Source: an uncultured Victivallales bacterium
Lineage (GTDB): Bacteria > Verrucomicrobiota > Kiritimatiellia > UBA8416 > CAZWPN01
Length of the DNA: 64,000 nt
Direction: 5' to 3'
Assembly: GCA_964635275.1 (NCBI GenBank)
Contig: CAZWPN010000003.1
Coordinates: forward strand, 800-64,799
The notes below the pieces were generated by a model that was not told where the DNA came from, searched no databases, and worked only from the letters and a program-made list of their open reading frames with translations. Positions 9,105 through 18,653 of this stretch are shown piece after piece. The position numbers were made by a program, and so were the translations under genes. The first letter of the stretch is position 1, and the number at the start of each line of letters is the position of its first letter.

Positions 9105-11204
9105 ATGCATGAGCCAGAGACATCGGTGCGAGTGCTGCTGGTAGAAGACAACCCGGCGGATGCCTTGATAATTCTGGAGTTGCTCAGGGATGGCGGGAAG
9201 GGTGTCTTCAATGTCACCCATGCGGATCGGCTGGATGTCGGGATCAGGGAACTGAATCGGGTTCCCGATGTCGTTCTCCTTGACTTGAATCTCTCGGACA
9301 GCACTGGGATGGAAACGTTCCGGGCGTTTAGGCGGCACGCTGTTCACATGCCGATCATCCTACTGACCCATATGAACGACGAGGCGCTGGCTGCCCAGGC
9401 GCTGAGCGAGGGGGTTCAAGACTATCTGGTGAAGGGTATGTCGGATCCCCGGGTGCTGACCAGGGCGATTCGGTATGCGATCGAGCGCAAGCGCGCGGAG
9501 ATGGCGCTTCAGCAGTACCAGCAGCATCTGGAGGAGATGGTGCTGTGGCGGACGCGGGAGTTGCGACAGGCCAACCAGCATCTGCAGCAGGCGGAGGAAC
9601 AGCACCGTCAGACCGGCGAGGAACTGCGGCAAAGCGAGGGGCGGTTCCGGAACGTTTTCAATCACTCCCCTCTGGGGATCGTTGTTGCTTCCCCGGATTT
9701 CACCATCATCGATGCCAACCCGGCGATGTGTCGTCTTCTGGGCTACTCCCGCGAAGAGATGATTCGTATCGGCGTTGCGGGGATTTCACGGCCGGAAGAG
9801 ATGGTTCGCGATGCCCCCATGCTCCAACACCTCGCCAGGAACGAGATGGAGGTATACCGGACGGAGAAGAGCTATTGCAGGAAGGGCGGCCGTTGGGTGG
9901 ATGGACGAGTGACGGTCTCGGCCGTGCGCAGTGAACATGGGGCTCTTCTCTACTATCTGGCAATGGTGGAGGATGTTACCGATGCAAAACGTGCCGAGGC
10001 GGAGCATCGTCTGGTGGAGACGCGGCGGCATGGTGTGCAGCGAATGGAAAGTCTCTGGGGGCTTGCTGGAGGCGTCGCGCATGATTTCAACAACATACTG
10101 ACCGGGATACTTGGGTACACGGAACTTGCCCTGATGTCTGACCGACTTGACGACGAGGTTCGCGGGCATCTGACAGAGATCATGGCGCAGGGGAAGCGGG
10201 CGGCCGAGCTTGTGTCGCGCATCATGGCGTTCAGCCGGCAGGGGGCTCGGGAGTGTCGGCCGATCCGGTTGGATGCGGTGATTCGTGACGCCGTCCTTCT
10301 GCTGCATGGCGGATTCCCGCCAACAGTAGAAGTGCGCACGCTTCTGAATGAACAATGCGGCGCAGTGATGGCGGATGCAACGCAGATCCAGCAGGTGGTC
10401 ATGAATCTGGGGGCCAATGCACGCGACGCTATTGATGGACGTTCCGGGCTGGTTGAAATCCGCCTGGATGAAGTGACTTTGGGCCAGGAGCATGTGTCAG
10501 CGCTGCCAGACCTGCTTCCGGGGCGGCACGCGCTCATTACGGTTCGCGACTCCGGTTGTGGAATTGAGGCGGATCACTTGGATAGGATTTTCGAGCCGTA
10601 CTTCAGCACCAAGCGGTCGGGTATCGGGACAGGGTTGGGACTGGCGACAGTGCTGGGCGTTGTGCGCAGTCATCATGGCGCCATCGTGGCGGAGAGCGTG
10701 CCTGGCAAAGGAAGCACTTTCAAGGTCTACCTGCCGGTCACCAATGAACCCGTGGTGGGACAGGAATCCGTTTTGGAGCCTGGTACTGCCCCTGAGGGCA
10801 CGGAACGGGTCCTTTTCGTAGATGATCTGCTGTCCGCCGCGCATCTGGCCAAGATTGGCCTGGAACGCCTGGGTTACCGCGTGGACGTGTTTACCCACAG
10901 CCCGGCGGCCTTGCAGGCGTTTCTTTTGCGCCCGGAGTACTACGATGTGGTGATCACCGATCAACTGATGCCTGAACTTAGCGGTGTTGAACTGGCACGG
11001 TGTATTCTCGACGTCCGCGGCGATGTGCCGATCATCCTGTGCACAGGTTACAGCGACCGGTTGAATGGCGACCAAGCCAAGGCTTGCGGTATACGGGAAT
11101 TCCTTTTCAAGCCGGTGCTCACGCGCGACCTTGGCAGGGTCATCCGCAAGGTGCTGGCGAGGAACAAGGTGCTTGCAGGTCGGGCTGAAACTCGGCTACT
11201 CTAG
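9105..11204 (+). CDS. Cytoplasmic hybrid sensor histidine kinase (REC-PAS-HisKA-HATPase_c-REC)
   Basis: N-terminal REC (LLVEDN...DVVLLDL), PAS/PAC, H-box GGVAHDFNNIL, N-box QQVVMNLGANARDA, DSGCGI, FSTK, GTGLGL, C-terminal REC; no TM helix seen. Confidence 0.93.
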   Translation: MHEPETSVRVLLVEDNPADALIILELLRDGGKGVFNVTHADRLDVGIRELNRVPDVVLLDLNLSDSTGMETFRAFRRHAVHMPIILLTHMNDEALAAQALSEGVQDYLVKGMSDPRVLTRAIRYAIERKRAEMALQQYQQHLEEMVLWRTRELRQANQHLQQAEEQHRQTGEELRQSEGRFRNVFNHSPLGIVVASPDFTIIDANPAMCRLLGYSREEMIRIGVAGISRPEEMVRDAPMLQHLARNEMEVYRTEKSYCRKGGRWVDGRVTVSAVRSEHGALLYYLAMVEDVTDAKRAEAEHRLVETRRHGVQRMESLWGLAGGVAHDFNNILTGILGYTELALMSDRLDDEVRGHLTEIMAQGKRAAELVSRIMAFSRQGARECRPIRLDAVIRDAVLLLHGGFPPTVEVRTLLNEQCGAVMADATQIQQVVMNLGANARDAIDGRSGLVEIRLDEVTLGQEHVSALPDLLPGRHALITVRDSGCGIEADHLDRIFEPYFSTKRSGIGTGLGLATVLGVVRSHHGAIVAESVPGKGSTFKVYLPVTNEPVVGQESVLEPGTAPEGTERVLFVDDLLSAAHLAKIGLERLGYRVDVFTHSPAALQAFLLRPEYYDVVITDQLMPELSGVELARCILDVRGDVPIILCTGYSDRLNGDQAKACGIREFLFKPVLTRDLGRVIRKVLARNKVLAGRAETRLL

Positions 11205-11210
11205 CCGCCT

Positions 11211-11903
11211 ATGAAGCTCTCGGTTGTCATACCCGTCTACAACGAAAAGGATACTATTCTGGAGCTCCTTCGGCAGGTGCAGGCGGCTGATGCCGGCGTG
11301 GAGAAGGAGATCGTAGTGGTGGACGATGCCTCCACCGATGGCACTGGTGCTGTGCTTCAGAGCATGGCTCCCATGCCGCCCAACCTGATTCTCCTGATGC
11401 ACAGGACCAACATGGGGAAGGGAGCGGCACTGCGAACGGGGTTCAAAGCGGCGACTGGCGATGCGATCATCATTCAGGACGCTGATCTTGAATACGACCC
11501 GAAGGAATACAAACTGCTGCTGGGGCCCTTGCTGGACGGCCATGCCGATGTTGTTTACGGGTCACGCTTTCTGGGCGGCGGACCGCACCGTGTGTGCTTC
11601 TTCTGGCATTATCTGGGGAACCGGTTCCTGACCCTCTTGTCAAACATGATGACTAACCTCAACCTTACCGATATGGAGGTGTGCTACAAGCTCTTCCGAC
11701 GTGAGGTTCTAAGCCAGATCGAGATCCAGGAGAACCGGTTCGGCTTTGAGGTGGAAATTACTGCCAAGGTGGCACGCGGAAACTGGCGCGTATACGAAGT
11801 GCCGGTGTCCTACTATGGGCGAAGCTATGCCGAAGGAAAGAAGATCACCTGGAAAGACGGGTTTCGCGCAATCTGGTGCATACTGAAATACAGGTTTGTC
11901 TAG
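11211..11903 (+). CDS. Glycosyltransferase family 2 (DPM1-like polyprenol-phosphate glycosyltransferase)
   Basis: [47 protein letters not shown]. Confidence 0.92.
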   Translation: MKLSVVIPVYNEKDTILELLRQVQAADAGVEKEIVVVDDASTDGTGAVLQSMAPMPPNLILLMHRTNMGKGAALRTGFKAATGDAIIIQDADLEYDPKEYKLLLGPLLDGHADVVYGSRFLGGGPHRVCFFWHYLGNRFLTLLSNMMTNLNLTDMEVCYKLFRREVLSQIEIQENRFGFEVEITAKVARGNWRVYEVPVSYYGRSYAEGKKITWKDGFRAIWCILKYRFV

Positions 11904-11906
11904 TCC

Positions 11907-12380
11907 ATGGAATTGCAGAGAGTATCGCGTTGGATTGCCACCGGTTTTGGGTTGGGGTTGTCGCCGTTCGCGCCGGGAACTGTCGGAACTGTTCTGGGCA
12001 TACCGATTGCGGCGGCGCTGTCGATCGGCGGGTTGGGTTGGGGCGCGCAGGTGGTTTGGGCGGCGTGTCTGGCGTTGGCGGCTGTTCCCGCCTGCGATTC
12101 CGCGGAGCGGCAGTTCGGCACCAAGGACGATCACCGCATTGTGGCCGACGAGTATCTGACGTTCCCGATATGCGTGATCGGGTTGCCGTGGATGGAACAC
12201 CTCTGGCTGCTGCCGGTGGCTTTTGTGGTCAACCGTGTGATGGACATTATCAAGCCGGCTCCGGCGCGGCAATTGCAGGCTTTGCGGGGCGGGTGGGGGA
12301 TTGTCGCCGACGACGTCATGTCGAGCCTGTATGCGTTAATCATCAACCATGCGGTTTGGTGTGTGTCCAGGAGTTTATAG
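11907..12380 (+). CDS. pgpA: Phosphatidylglycerophosphatase A
   Basis: ATGFGLGLSPFAPGTVGT, KDDHRIVADE, DIIKP, GGWGIVADD. Confidence 0.92.
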   Translation: MELQRVSRWIATGFGLGLSPFAPGTVGTVLGIPIAAALSIGGLGWGAQVVWAACLALAAVPACDSAERQFGTKDDHRIVADEYLTFPICVIGLPWMEHLWLLPVAFVVNRVMDIIKPAPARQLQALRGGWGIVADDVMSSLYALIINHAVWCVSRSL

Positions 12381-12408
12381 AACGAGTCGAGACAGGAAGG
12401 GATGAACG

Positions 12409-13965
12409 ATGGCAAGACCTGTGGCGCTGATTATTCGAGACGGTTGGGGGCTTAACGAGAGAACGGATGGCAATGCTGTGGCGGCGGCGCGTACGCCCAA
12501 CATCGCGGCGTACAAGGCGAAGTACCCGTGGACCATTCTGGATTGTTCGGGGGAGCCAGTGGGGTTGCCCGACGGGTATCAGGGATCGAGTGAGGTAGGG
12601 CACCTGAACATGGGTGCCGGCCGGGTGGTGATCCAGGAACTCAAGCGCATTGACGACGGCCTTCGCACCGGCACCCTCTTCAAGCAACCAAAGTGGGGGG
12701 AGTTGATCGCCGCATGGCGTCAGTCCGTGGGACGACTCCACCTGATGGGTCTCCTGCAGGATGAAGGCGTTCATGCCCACCAGGAACACCTGTTCAAGAT
12801 CATGCGGCGCGCCCGGCTGGAGTTCCCCGCCGGCGAGATCGTTATCCATCCGTTCCTTGACGGGCGCGATACCCCTCCACGAAGCACGCTGGAGTATATC
12901 GCGAAACTGAACCTTGTGATGAAGGAAGTGGGCGGTTGCCGCATTGGAACGGTCATGGGCCGGTACTATGCGATGGACCGTTCGAAGAACTGGCGGCTGA
13001 CCGATCAGGCGTACGGTTGCCTGGTCTGCGCAGAGGGGCGGCGGGCGGAGACGGCGATAGCGGCGGTTGAGGAGTCATATGCGCAAGACAAGACGCCCGA
13101 TGGCACAGACATGGCCGACGAGTACATTCCGCCATACTGCATAGGCGGCTTTGCAGGAATCAAGGATGGCGACTGCGTGGTTCATACGAACTATCGGCAG
13201 GATCGCGCGTATCAACTCTCGCGTGCGTTCGTCGATTCCGCCTATCCCGGCACGCTCAAGGTCCGGCCGAAGGTCAATTACCTTGGCCTGACTCGCTACT
13301 ATGACGAGTTCAAGAACTACCTGATGGGGCCTATGGACGAGGGGGGCGGAATGGAGAACCTGCTCGGACAGGTCATCTCGCACGCCGGTTTGAGGCAGTT
13401 GCGCATTGCGGAAACGCAGAAGTTCCGTCATGTGACGAGTTTCTTCAACGGTAAGTCAACCACGCCGTATTCGGGCGAAGACCAGGTGGAGATTCCCAGC
13501 CGCTTCGACCCGGCCACGTTCGCCAGCCATCCAGAGATGGAAGCTTACGGTGTAACGGACGACCTTCTTATGCGGCTGAAGGACAATCCGTACGCCTTCA
13601 TCGGTGTGAACTATGCGAACGGCGATATGGTTGGCCACACCGGGAACTTCGAGTCGGCCCGTCGTGCGATCGAAGTGGTGGACGAGTGCGTTGGCCGGCT
13701 TGTGGCGCGATTGATGGAACTTGACGCGCATATCCTGATCACGGCGGATCATGGCAATGCCGAAGAGATGATTGACTACGAGACTGGCATGGTGAAGACC
13801 AGTCATACCCTGAATCCGGTGGAGTGCATTTACGTCGCGAGGGAGGCGCCCCGATGCAGGCTGGTTCCGCGCGGAAAACTGGCCGACATCGCACCGACTG
13901 TTCTCCACCTTCTGGGACTGCCGATTCCGAAGGAGATGACGGCGCAGGATTTGATTCTTGTGTGA
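12409..13965 (+). CDS. gpmI: 2,3-bisphosphoglycerate-independent phosphoglycerate mutase
   Basis: LIIRDGWG, GSSEVGHLNMGAGR, FLDGRDTPP, GRYYAMDR, NYANGDMVGHTG, TADHGNAE. Confidence 0.96.
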   Translation: MARPVALIIRDGWGLNERTDGNAVAAARTPNIAAYKAKYPWTILDCSGEPVGLPDGYQGSSEVGHLNMGAGRVVIQELKRIDDGLRTGTLFKQPKWGELIAAWRQSVGRLHLMGLLQDEGVHAHQEHLFKIMRRARLEFPAGEIVIHPFLDGRDTPPRSTLEYIAKLNLVMKEVGGCRIGTVMGRYYAMDRSKNWRLTDQAYGCLVCAEGRRAETAIAAVEESYAQDKTPDGTDMADEYIPPYCIGGFAGIKDGDCVVHTNYRQDRAYQLSRAFVDSAYPGTLKVRPKVNYLGLTRYYDEFKNYLMGPMDEGGGMENLLGQVISHAGLRQLRIAETQKFRHVTSFFNGKSTTPYSGEDQVEIPSRFDPATFASHPEMEAYGVTDDLLMRLKDNPYAFIGVNYANGDMVGHTGNFESARRAIEVVDECVGRLVARLMELDAHILITADHGNAEEMIDYETGMVKTSHTLNPVECIYVAREAPRCRLVPRGKLADIAPTVLHLLGLPIPKEMTAQDLILV

Positions 13966-14015
13966 AGGTGAGGCGGGGCAGGCGAAGCGCTGGGAAGGAA
14001 GGGCGGTTTGCAGCC

Positions 14016-15224
14016 ATGCGTTCGTGCGGTGACAGTCTGAAACTGGCGTCGCTGGCGCTGTGTGTGCTGGCGCTTCCCGCGTTGGCGCTGGACGTAGTCA
14101 GTGCAATCAGCCCCCGCAACGGAGAGCGACCACGCCGCCAGCGGACTGACTTGATTATTCTGCACACAACGGAGGCGCCGACGCGCAGCTCGATCAACAG
14201 CATCCGTGCGTACGGCGAAGCCCATTACGTCGTGGATCCCGGCGGGAATGTACACCGCATCATCGATAGGGATCGGGTCGCCTACCACGCCGGGCGAAGC
14301 ATGTGGAGTCGCCAGACGGATATCGATACGGTGTCTGTAGGCATCGAAGTGGTCGGCTACCACAACCGTGATATCACGTCTTTCCAGTACGCTGCGATTC
14401 GCGAACTGATAGAGTACCTGCAGGGCAAGTACAATGTTCCGGACGAACGGGTACTCACGCACTCCATGGTCGCCTACGGGGCGCCGAACCGCTGGCATAA
14501 ACAGTCGCACCGCGGGCGCAAGCGCTGCGGGATGATCTTCGCAAAGAAAGAGGTGCGCAAGAAGCTGGGCCTGGACGCCTCGCCGGTGTTCGATCCGGAT
14601 GTGCAGGCCGGGCGGCTGGTGAACGCCGACATTTACCTCGCCCGTGTGCTGTATGGGACGGCATCCGAGCAGGAGCAGGCTCTCAGCAATTTCGTCGGCC
14701 AATTCGCGAATGTGATCTCTTCGCGGCGTTCGGCCTGGGATATAGCCGGCGATGCCTACGACGACGATGAAACCATCTATGTTCTGCCTGGCGGCCAGAG
14801 CATTCCCGGGAATCGTGTCCGTGACTGGAAGTCTGTTCCGGCAGGGACCAAGGTCCTGGTCTCGGATTGCGCACATGCGAATGCCACGGAGGGCGTTCGT
14901 GAGTTGGGTGTGGACGGAATGACGCCGTCGGAAGTCGCCGGCGTCGAGTATAACAGCGAGGGCACGGTATACTTCCTTCCCAACGGGGATGTGCAGTTTG
15001 GCAACAGTATCCGTGACTGGGCGTTGCCCGCTGGTACGCGTGTGCTTGTCGGATACCTTCACGCAGGGACCGTCACGCCACTGCGCAACATCTACGCGAT
15101 TTGCGGCAAGCGTTGGAATGATGCCTCAACTATCTACCGGATGACCGATGGAACATTCAAGAACGGCGACGAGATAGATCAGCGCAAAGTGGCTACTGGA
15201 ACCATGATCTTCCGTCGTGGATAG
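14016..15224 (+). CDS. N-acetylmuramoyl-L-alanine amidase (Amidase_2/AmpD-like) with three C-terminal repeats
   Basis: Signal-like segment, IILHTTE, AHYVVD, VAYHAGRS, SVGIEVVG, VLTHSMV; start moved from 13824 to ATG 14016. Confidence 0.85.
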   Translation: MRSCGDSLKLASLALCVLALPALALDVVSAISPRNGERPRRQRTDLIILHTTEAPTRSSINSIRAYGEAHYVVDPGGNVHRIIDRDRVAYHAGRSMWSRQTDIDTVSVGIEVVGYHNRDITSFQYAAIRELIEYLQGKYNVPDERVLTHSMVAYGAPNRWHKQSHRGRKRCGMIFAKKEVRKKLGLDASPVFDPDVQAGRLVNADIYLARVLYGTASEQEQALSNFVGQFANVISSRRSAWDIAGDAYDDDETIYVLPGGQSIPGNRVRDWKSVPAGTKVLVSDCAHANATEGVRELGVDGMTPSEVAGVEYNSEGTVYFLPNGDVQFGNSIRDWALPAGTRVLVGYLHAGTVTPLRNIYAICGKRWNDASTIYRMTDGTFKNGDEIDQRKVATGTMIFRRG

Positions 15225-17763
15225 CTCCTCGCAGACAGGGAACAGCGGCGAAGGGTGGGTGACGGCAATGGTACCCATTGAATCGGGCCGGCAATCGCGC
15301 ATGCAATGGCGTCATTTTGTATTACACATCATGTCGCCTGTGGTTCTGACGCTTGCGCTTTGTCTCGGGCTGATCTTTGCGGTGGTGATGCCATCGATGA
15401 GGCAGAACATCGTCGAGCGCAAGAAGGAGATGATTCGCGAACTCACCCAGGCCGCCTGGAGCGAATTGGACGGTTTGTACGAGCAGGAACGCCGCGGGGT
15501 TTTGACCCGAGCGGCTGCACAGGAGGCGGCCGCAGCCCGCATTCAGCGACTCCGGTACGGAGATGATGCCAAAGACTACTTCTGGATCACCGATGAACAT
15601 CCGCGCATGGTCATGCATCCCTACCGGCCGGAATTGAACGGACGTGACTTGTCCAATTACGCCGACCAGGCAGGCAAAAAACTGTTCGTTGCCTTCGCCG
15701 AACTCGTGCGTTATCGGGGCGACGGCTACAGTGACTATCTCTGGCAGTGGAAGGACGACGAGCACCGCGTTGCCCCGAAACTATCTTATGTCAAAGGCTT
15801 CAAACCGTGGGGGTGGATCATCGGAACGGGTGTCTACCTTGAAGACGTTCAGGTCGAAATCGCTCAGGTTACTCGGCGTGTGTTGAAGGTTTCGGTGGGC
15901 ATTTCGCTGATCATCGGAGGGTTGTTGGTGTACATCGCCCACCAGGGGCTGAGCATGGAGCGCAAGAGGCAACAAGCCGAGAATGCCCTGCGTGCTTCAG
16001 AGGAAAAGTACCGACTACTGATCGAAGGCACCACCGAAGGCATCCTGATGATCCTGCAGGATCGGCCAGTCTACGCCAACAAGACGCTGCTCAACCTTCT
16101 GGGTTATACCGAGCAGGAGCTGCTCGATCTGCCGCTGCAAAGGATCATTGAGCCCGTGACCAGCAGGCAGGCGCGGCTTATCGGTAAAAACGGCCAGATG
16201 ACAGATGTGCAACTCGCCGCCGCGCCTGTGCAAATCGGTGATCAGACCGGGCAGGTGCTTTCCCTGAGAGATGTTACCGACCACAAGAAAACCGAGGAAA
16301 CGCTTCAGCGCCTGCTGTCCGAAATGCAGACCTCGTTGCCGCAGACCACTCAGCCGGTGAAGGCGCTGCCACTTCTGACTGTATCCTGCGGGCTGGATAC
16401 TCCCATTCGCCATGCGGCGGCGGCAATGGTGCGCGGCAATGCCAGTGCGATCCTTGTGGCTGCCCCGTCAGGCGATCCAGTGGGTATTGTAACCGACCGT
16501 GACCTGCGCGATCGCGTACTGGCCGTGGCTCGTGACACAGCGCAGCCCGTTTCCACCGTCATGAGCGCGCCGCTTATTCGGATACCGGAGCACGCCCTTT
16601 TGTTCGAGGCCGCCAGGGTGATGCAGGAGCGCGGCATTCAACACCTTGTGGTCACCGATGAATGCGGTGGTACCCTGGGCGTGCTGGCGGGCAGCGCCAT
16701 TCTTCACGCGCAGCGCCACGCGGTCGGCCTTCTGCTGGGCGAGGTCGATCATGCCCGTTCGCCCGATGATCTCCGGGACTGCAATCAAAAGCTGCCATAT
16801 CTCGTTCAATCGCTGCTTGATGCCGGGACCCGTGTGGAACATGTCACTCGCGTCCTGTCGAGTGTGGCGGACGCCATCACGGTTCGTCTGATCGGCATGG
16901 CCGAAGCCGAACTGGGGCCTCCTCCCGCTCCCTACGCTTTCATTACGCTTGGCAGCTCGGCGCGGGGCGAGCAAACCCTGGACACCGACCAGGACAACGC
17001 GATCCTCTATGCAAATATCCCTGCGGAGCGATCCGAAGCAGTCCAAGCGTACTTCTTGCGGCTCGGGGAAATGGTGTGTGGCTGGCTGGATCATGTTGGC
17101 TATCGGCGATGCAAAGGCGAGGTCATGGCATGCAACCCTAAATGGTGTAAGCCGATGGACCGGTGGAAGGAGTATGTCTACGCGTGCATTGCCGCTGCGG
17201 ACCCGCAGGATCTGCTGGACGTGAACACTTTTCTCGACTTCCGGTGTCTTTACGGCGAAGCCGGATATGTGACGGACCTGAGGCGGCACATGGATGAAGT
17301 ATTGGGGGATGATCGGCCGGTTTTCTTTTTTCACCTTGGCCAGAGCGCTTTGCAGTTCAAGCCGCCGCGGGGTATCTTAGGCAACATTCAGCTCGAGTCG
17401 GACGGCGAACGACCGTCGACACTCAACATTAAGAGCGCCATCATCCCTCTGGTGAACTTCGCCCGGGTGTATGCGCTGCGTCATCACATTGCAGAGACCA
17501 ACACGCTCGACCGACTGGCGCGTCTCCGGAATCAAGGGGTGCTTATGCCTTCCAGCCACGGCGAATTGGTGCAAGCCTATGCCGCATTGATGCAAATGCG
17601 GCTGGCTCATCAAGCCGGACAAATGGCCCGCCGCGTGCCGCCGGACAGCAGCATAGCCTTTTCGGAGCTGACCCATCTCGAACGGGCCGTCCTTCGAAAA
17701 GTGTTTGCCGACATCGCCGTCTTTCAGGCCAGGCTGGAAACCGATTTTTCCCGCACTGCATGA
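15217..17763 (+). CDS. Membrane protein: sCache_2 - PAS - CBS pair - DUF294/DUF294_C putative nucleotidyltransferase
   Basis: Two TM helices flank a Cache_2-type domain (YFWITD..RMVMHPYRPELNG.D...D..GKKLF...YLW..KLSYV..GWIIGTGVY); PAS-like segment; CBS (VGIVTDRDL, VSTVMSAP); NTase motif LGSSARGEQTLDTDQDN; DUF294_C-like NIKSAIIPLVNFARVYAL. Start could be 15217, 15268 or 15301. Confidence 0.88.
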   Translation: MDSSSQTGNSGEGWVTAMVPIESGRQSRMQWRHFVLHIMSPVVLTLALCLGLIFAVVMPSMRQNIVERKKEMIRELTQAAWSELDGLYEQERRGVLTRAAAQEAAAARIQRLRYGDDAKDYFWITDEHPRMVMHPYRPELNGRDLSNYADQAGKKLFVAFAELVRYRGDGYSDYLWQWKDDEHRVAPKLSYVKGFKPWGWIIGTGVYLEDVQVEIAQVTRRVLKVSVGISLIIGGLLVYIAHQGLSMERKRQQAENALRASEEKYRLLIEGTTEGILMILQDRPVYANKTLLNLLGYTEQELLDLPLQRIIEPVTSRQARLIGKNGQMTDVQLAAAPVQIGDQTGQVLSLRDVTDHKKTEETLQRLLSEMQTSLPQTTQPVKALPLLTVSCGLDTPIRHAAAAMVRGNASAILVAAPSGDPVGIVTDRDLRDRVLAVARDTAQPVSTVMSAPLIRIPEHALLFEAARVMQERGIQHLVVTDECGGTLGVLAGSAILHAQRHAVGLLLGEVDHARSPDDLRDCNQKLPYLVQSLLDAGTRVEHVTRVLSSVADAITVRLIGMAEAELGPPPAPYAFITLGSSARGEQTLDTDQDNAILYANIPAERSEAVQAYFLRLGEMVCGWLDHVGYRRCKGEVMACNPKWCKPMDRWKEYVYACIAAADPQDLLDVNTFLDFRCLYGEAGYVTDLRRHMDEVLGDDRPVFFFHLGQSALQFKPPRGILGNIQLESDGERPSTLNIKSAIIPLVNFARVYALRHHIAETNTLDRLARLRNQGVLMPSSHGELVQAYAALMQMRLAHQAGQMARRVPPDSSIAFSELTHLERAVLRKVFADIAVFQARLETDFSRTA

Positions 17764-17778
17764 GCCTTTGACGACGCT

Positions 17779-18585
17779 ATGGCGGATGCGGGCAATCAGG
17801 GGGGGGAGCTTGTGCGCGTGCTGATTGTCGGTGATGTGCATGGACAACACCGTGAACTGGCCGATGTACTGCGGCGAGTCCAGACGGATTTCGGCATTGG
17901 CGCTGCCATTCAGGTTGGCGACTTCGGATTCTACAAGGGGGAGATGATGCGGCTTCTCAGTGACAGTATCCGCTTTCCGGTGCCACTTCATGTTATCGAC
18001 GGTAATCATGAGGATCATGCATGGTTGCGGCGTGCGGTATGCAGCGGGGCATCACGTCGCTGGAAAGAAGAGGCCAATCTGGTCTATCAACCGCGCCCTT
18101 CGGTGGCTCGTCTTGGCGCATCCACTGTGGGGTTCCTGGGCGGAGCGCTGCATGTGGACCGCCCCCAGCAGCACAACCTGCTCAGTCTCTTCCCGAACTA
18201 CATCCTCCGTCGGCAGTGCCAGCAGGCCGTGGCCCTGTTCAACCGGGATCCTCCGGACCTTGTGGTAACTCACTCGTGTCCAGCCGCAATAGGAATCGGA
18301 ATACGTGGCTCGCCGGAGTTAGCGCATGGTGTGGCCGAGCACGTCATGCATGCCGGGTTCGACGCAGGGCCGCCCGAAGACTGCGGTGATGCGCAATTGG
18401 CGCTTCTCTGGCATGAATTGAAGCGCCGGCCAAGTGGTTGGGTGTTCGGCCATTTCCATCGCATTCATGATGCCAGAGTGAACGGTACCCGCTTTGTGTG
18501 CGTGGGAGACAATCTGGCCGCCATGCAGCACACGCTCGTGCTGTGGGATACGGAAGAAAAGAAGGTGCTCACCGTGCGGCGCTGA
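17779..18585 (+). CDS. Calcineurin-like metallophosphoesterase
   Basis: VGDVHG, QVGDFG, GNHED, THSCP and GHFH metal-binding motifs. Confidence 0.9.
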   Translation: MADAGNQGGELVRVLIVGDVHGQHRELADVLRRVQTDFGIGAAIQVGDFGFYKGEMMRLLSDSIRFPVPLHVIDGNHEDHAWLRRAVCSGASRRWKEEANLVYQPRPSVARLGASTVGFLGGALHVDRPQQHNLLSLFPNYILRRQCQQAVALFNRDPPDLVVTHSCPAAIGIGIRGSPELAHGVAEHVMHAGFDAGPPEDCGDAQLALLWHELKRRPSGWVFGHFHRIHDARVNGTRFVCVGDNLAAMQHTLVLWDTEEKKVLTVRR

Positions 18586-18653
18586 GGCGTGCCGGCTCCG
18601 TTGCTGCGGGAGCCCGCCCGCGCCACCGTTCCGTCGGACATGATCGGCTCAGC

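Noticed and set aside
13830-15062. 410-aa minus-strand ORF (similar cases at 22706-23998, 55895-57175 and 20812-21834)
   Set aside because: Each lies antisense to a well-supported gene and has shadow-like composition.
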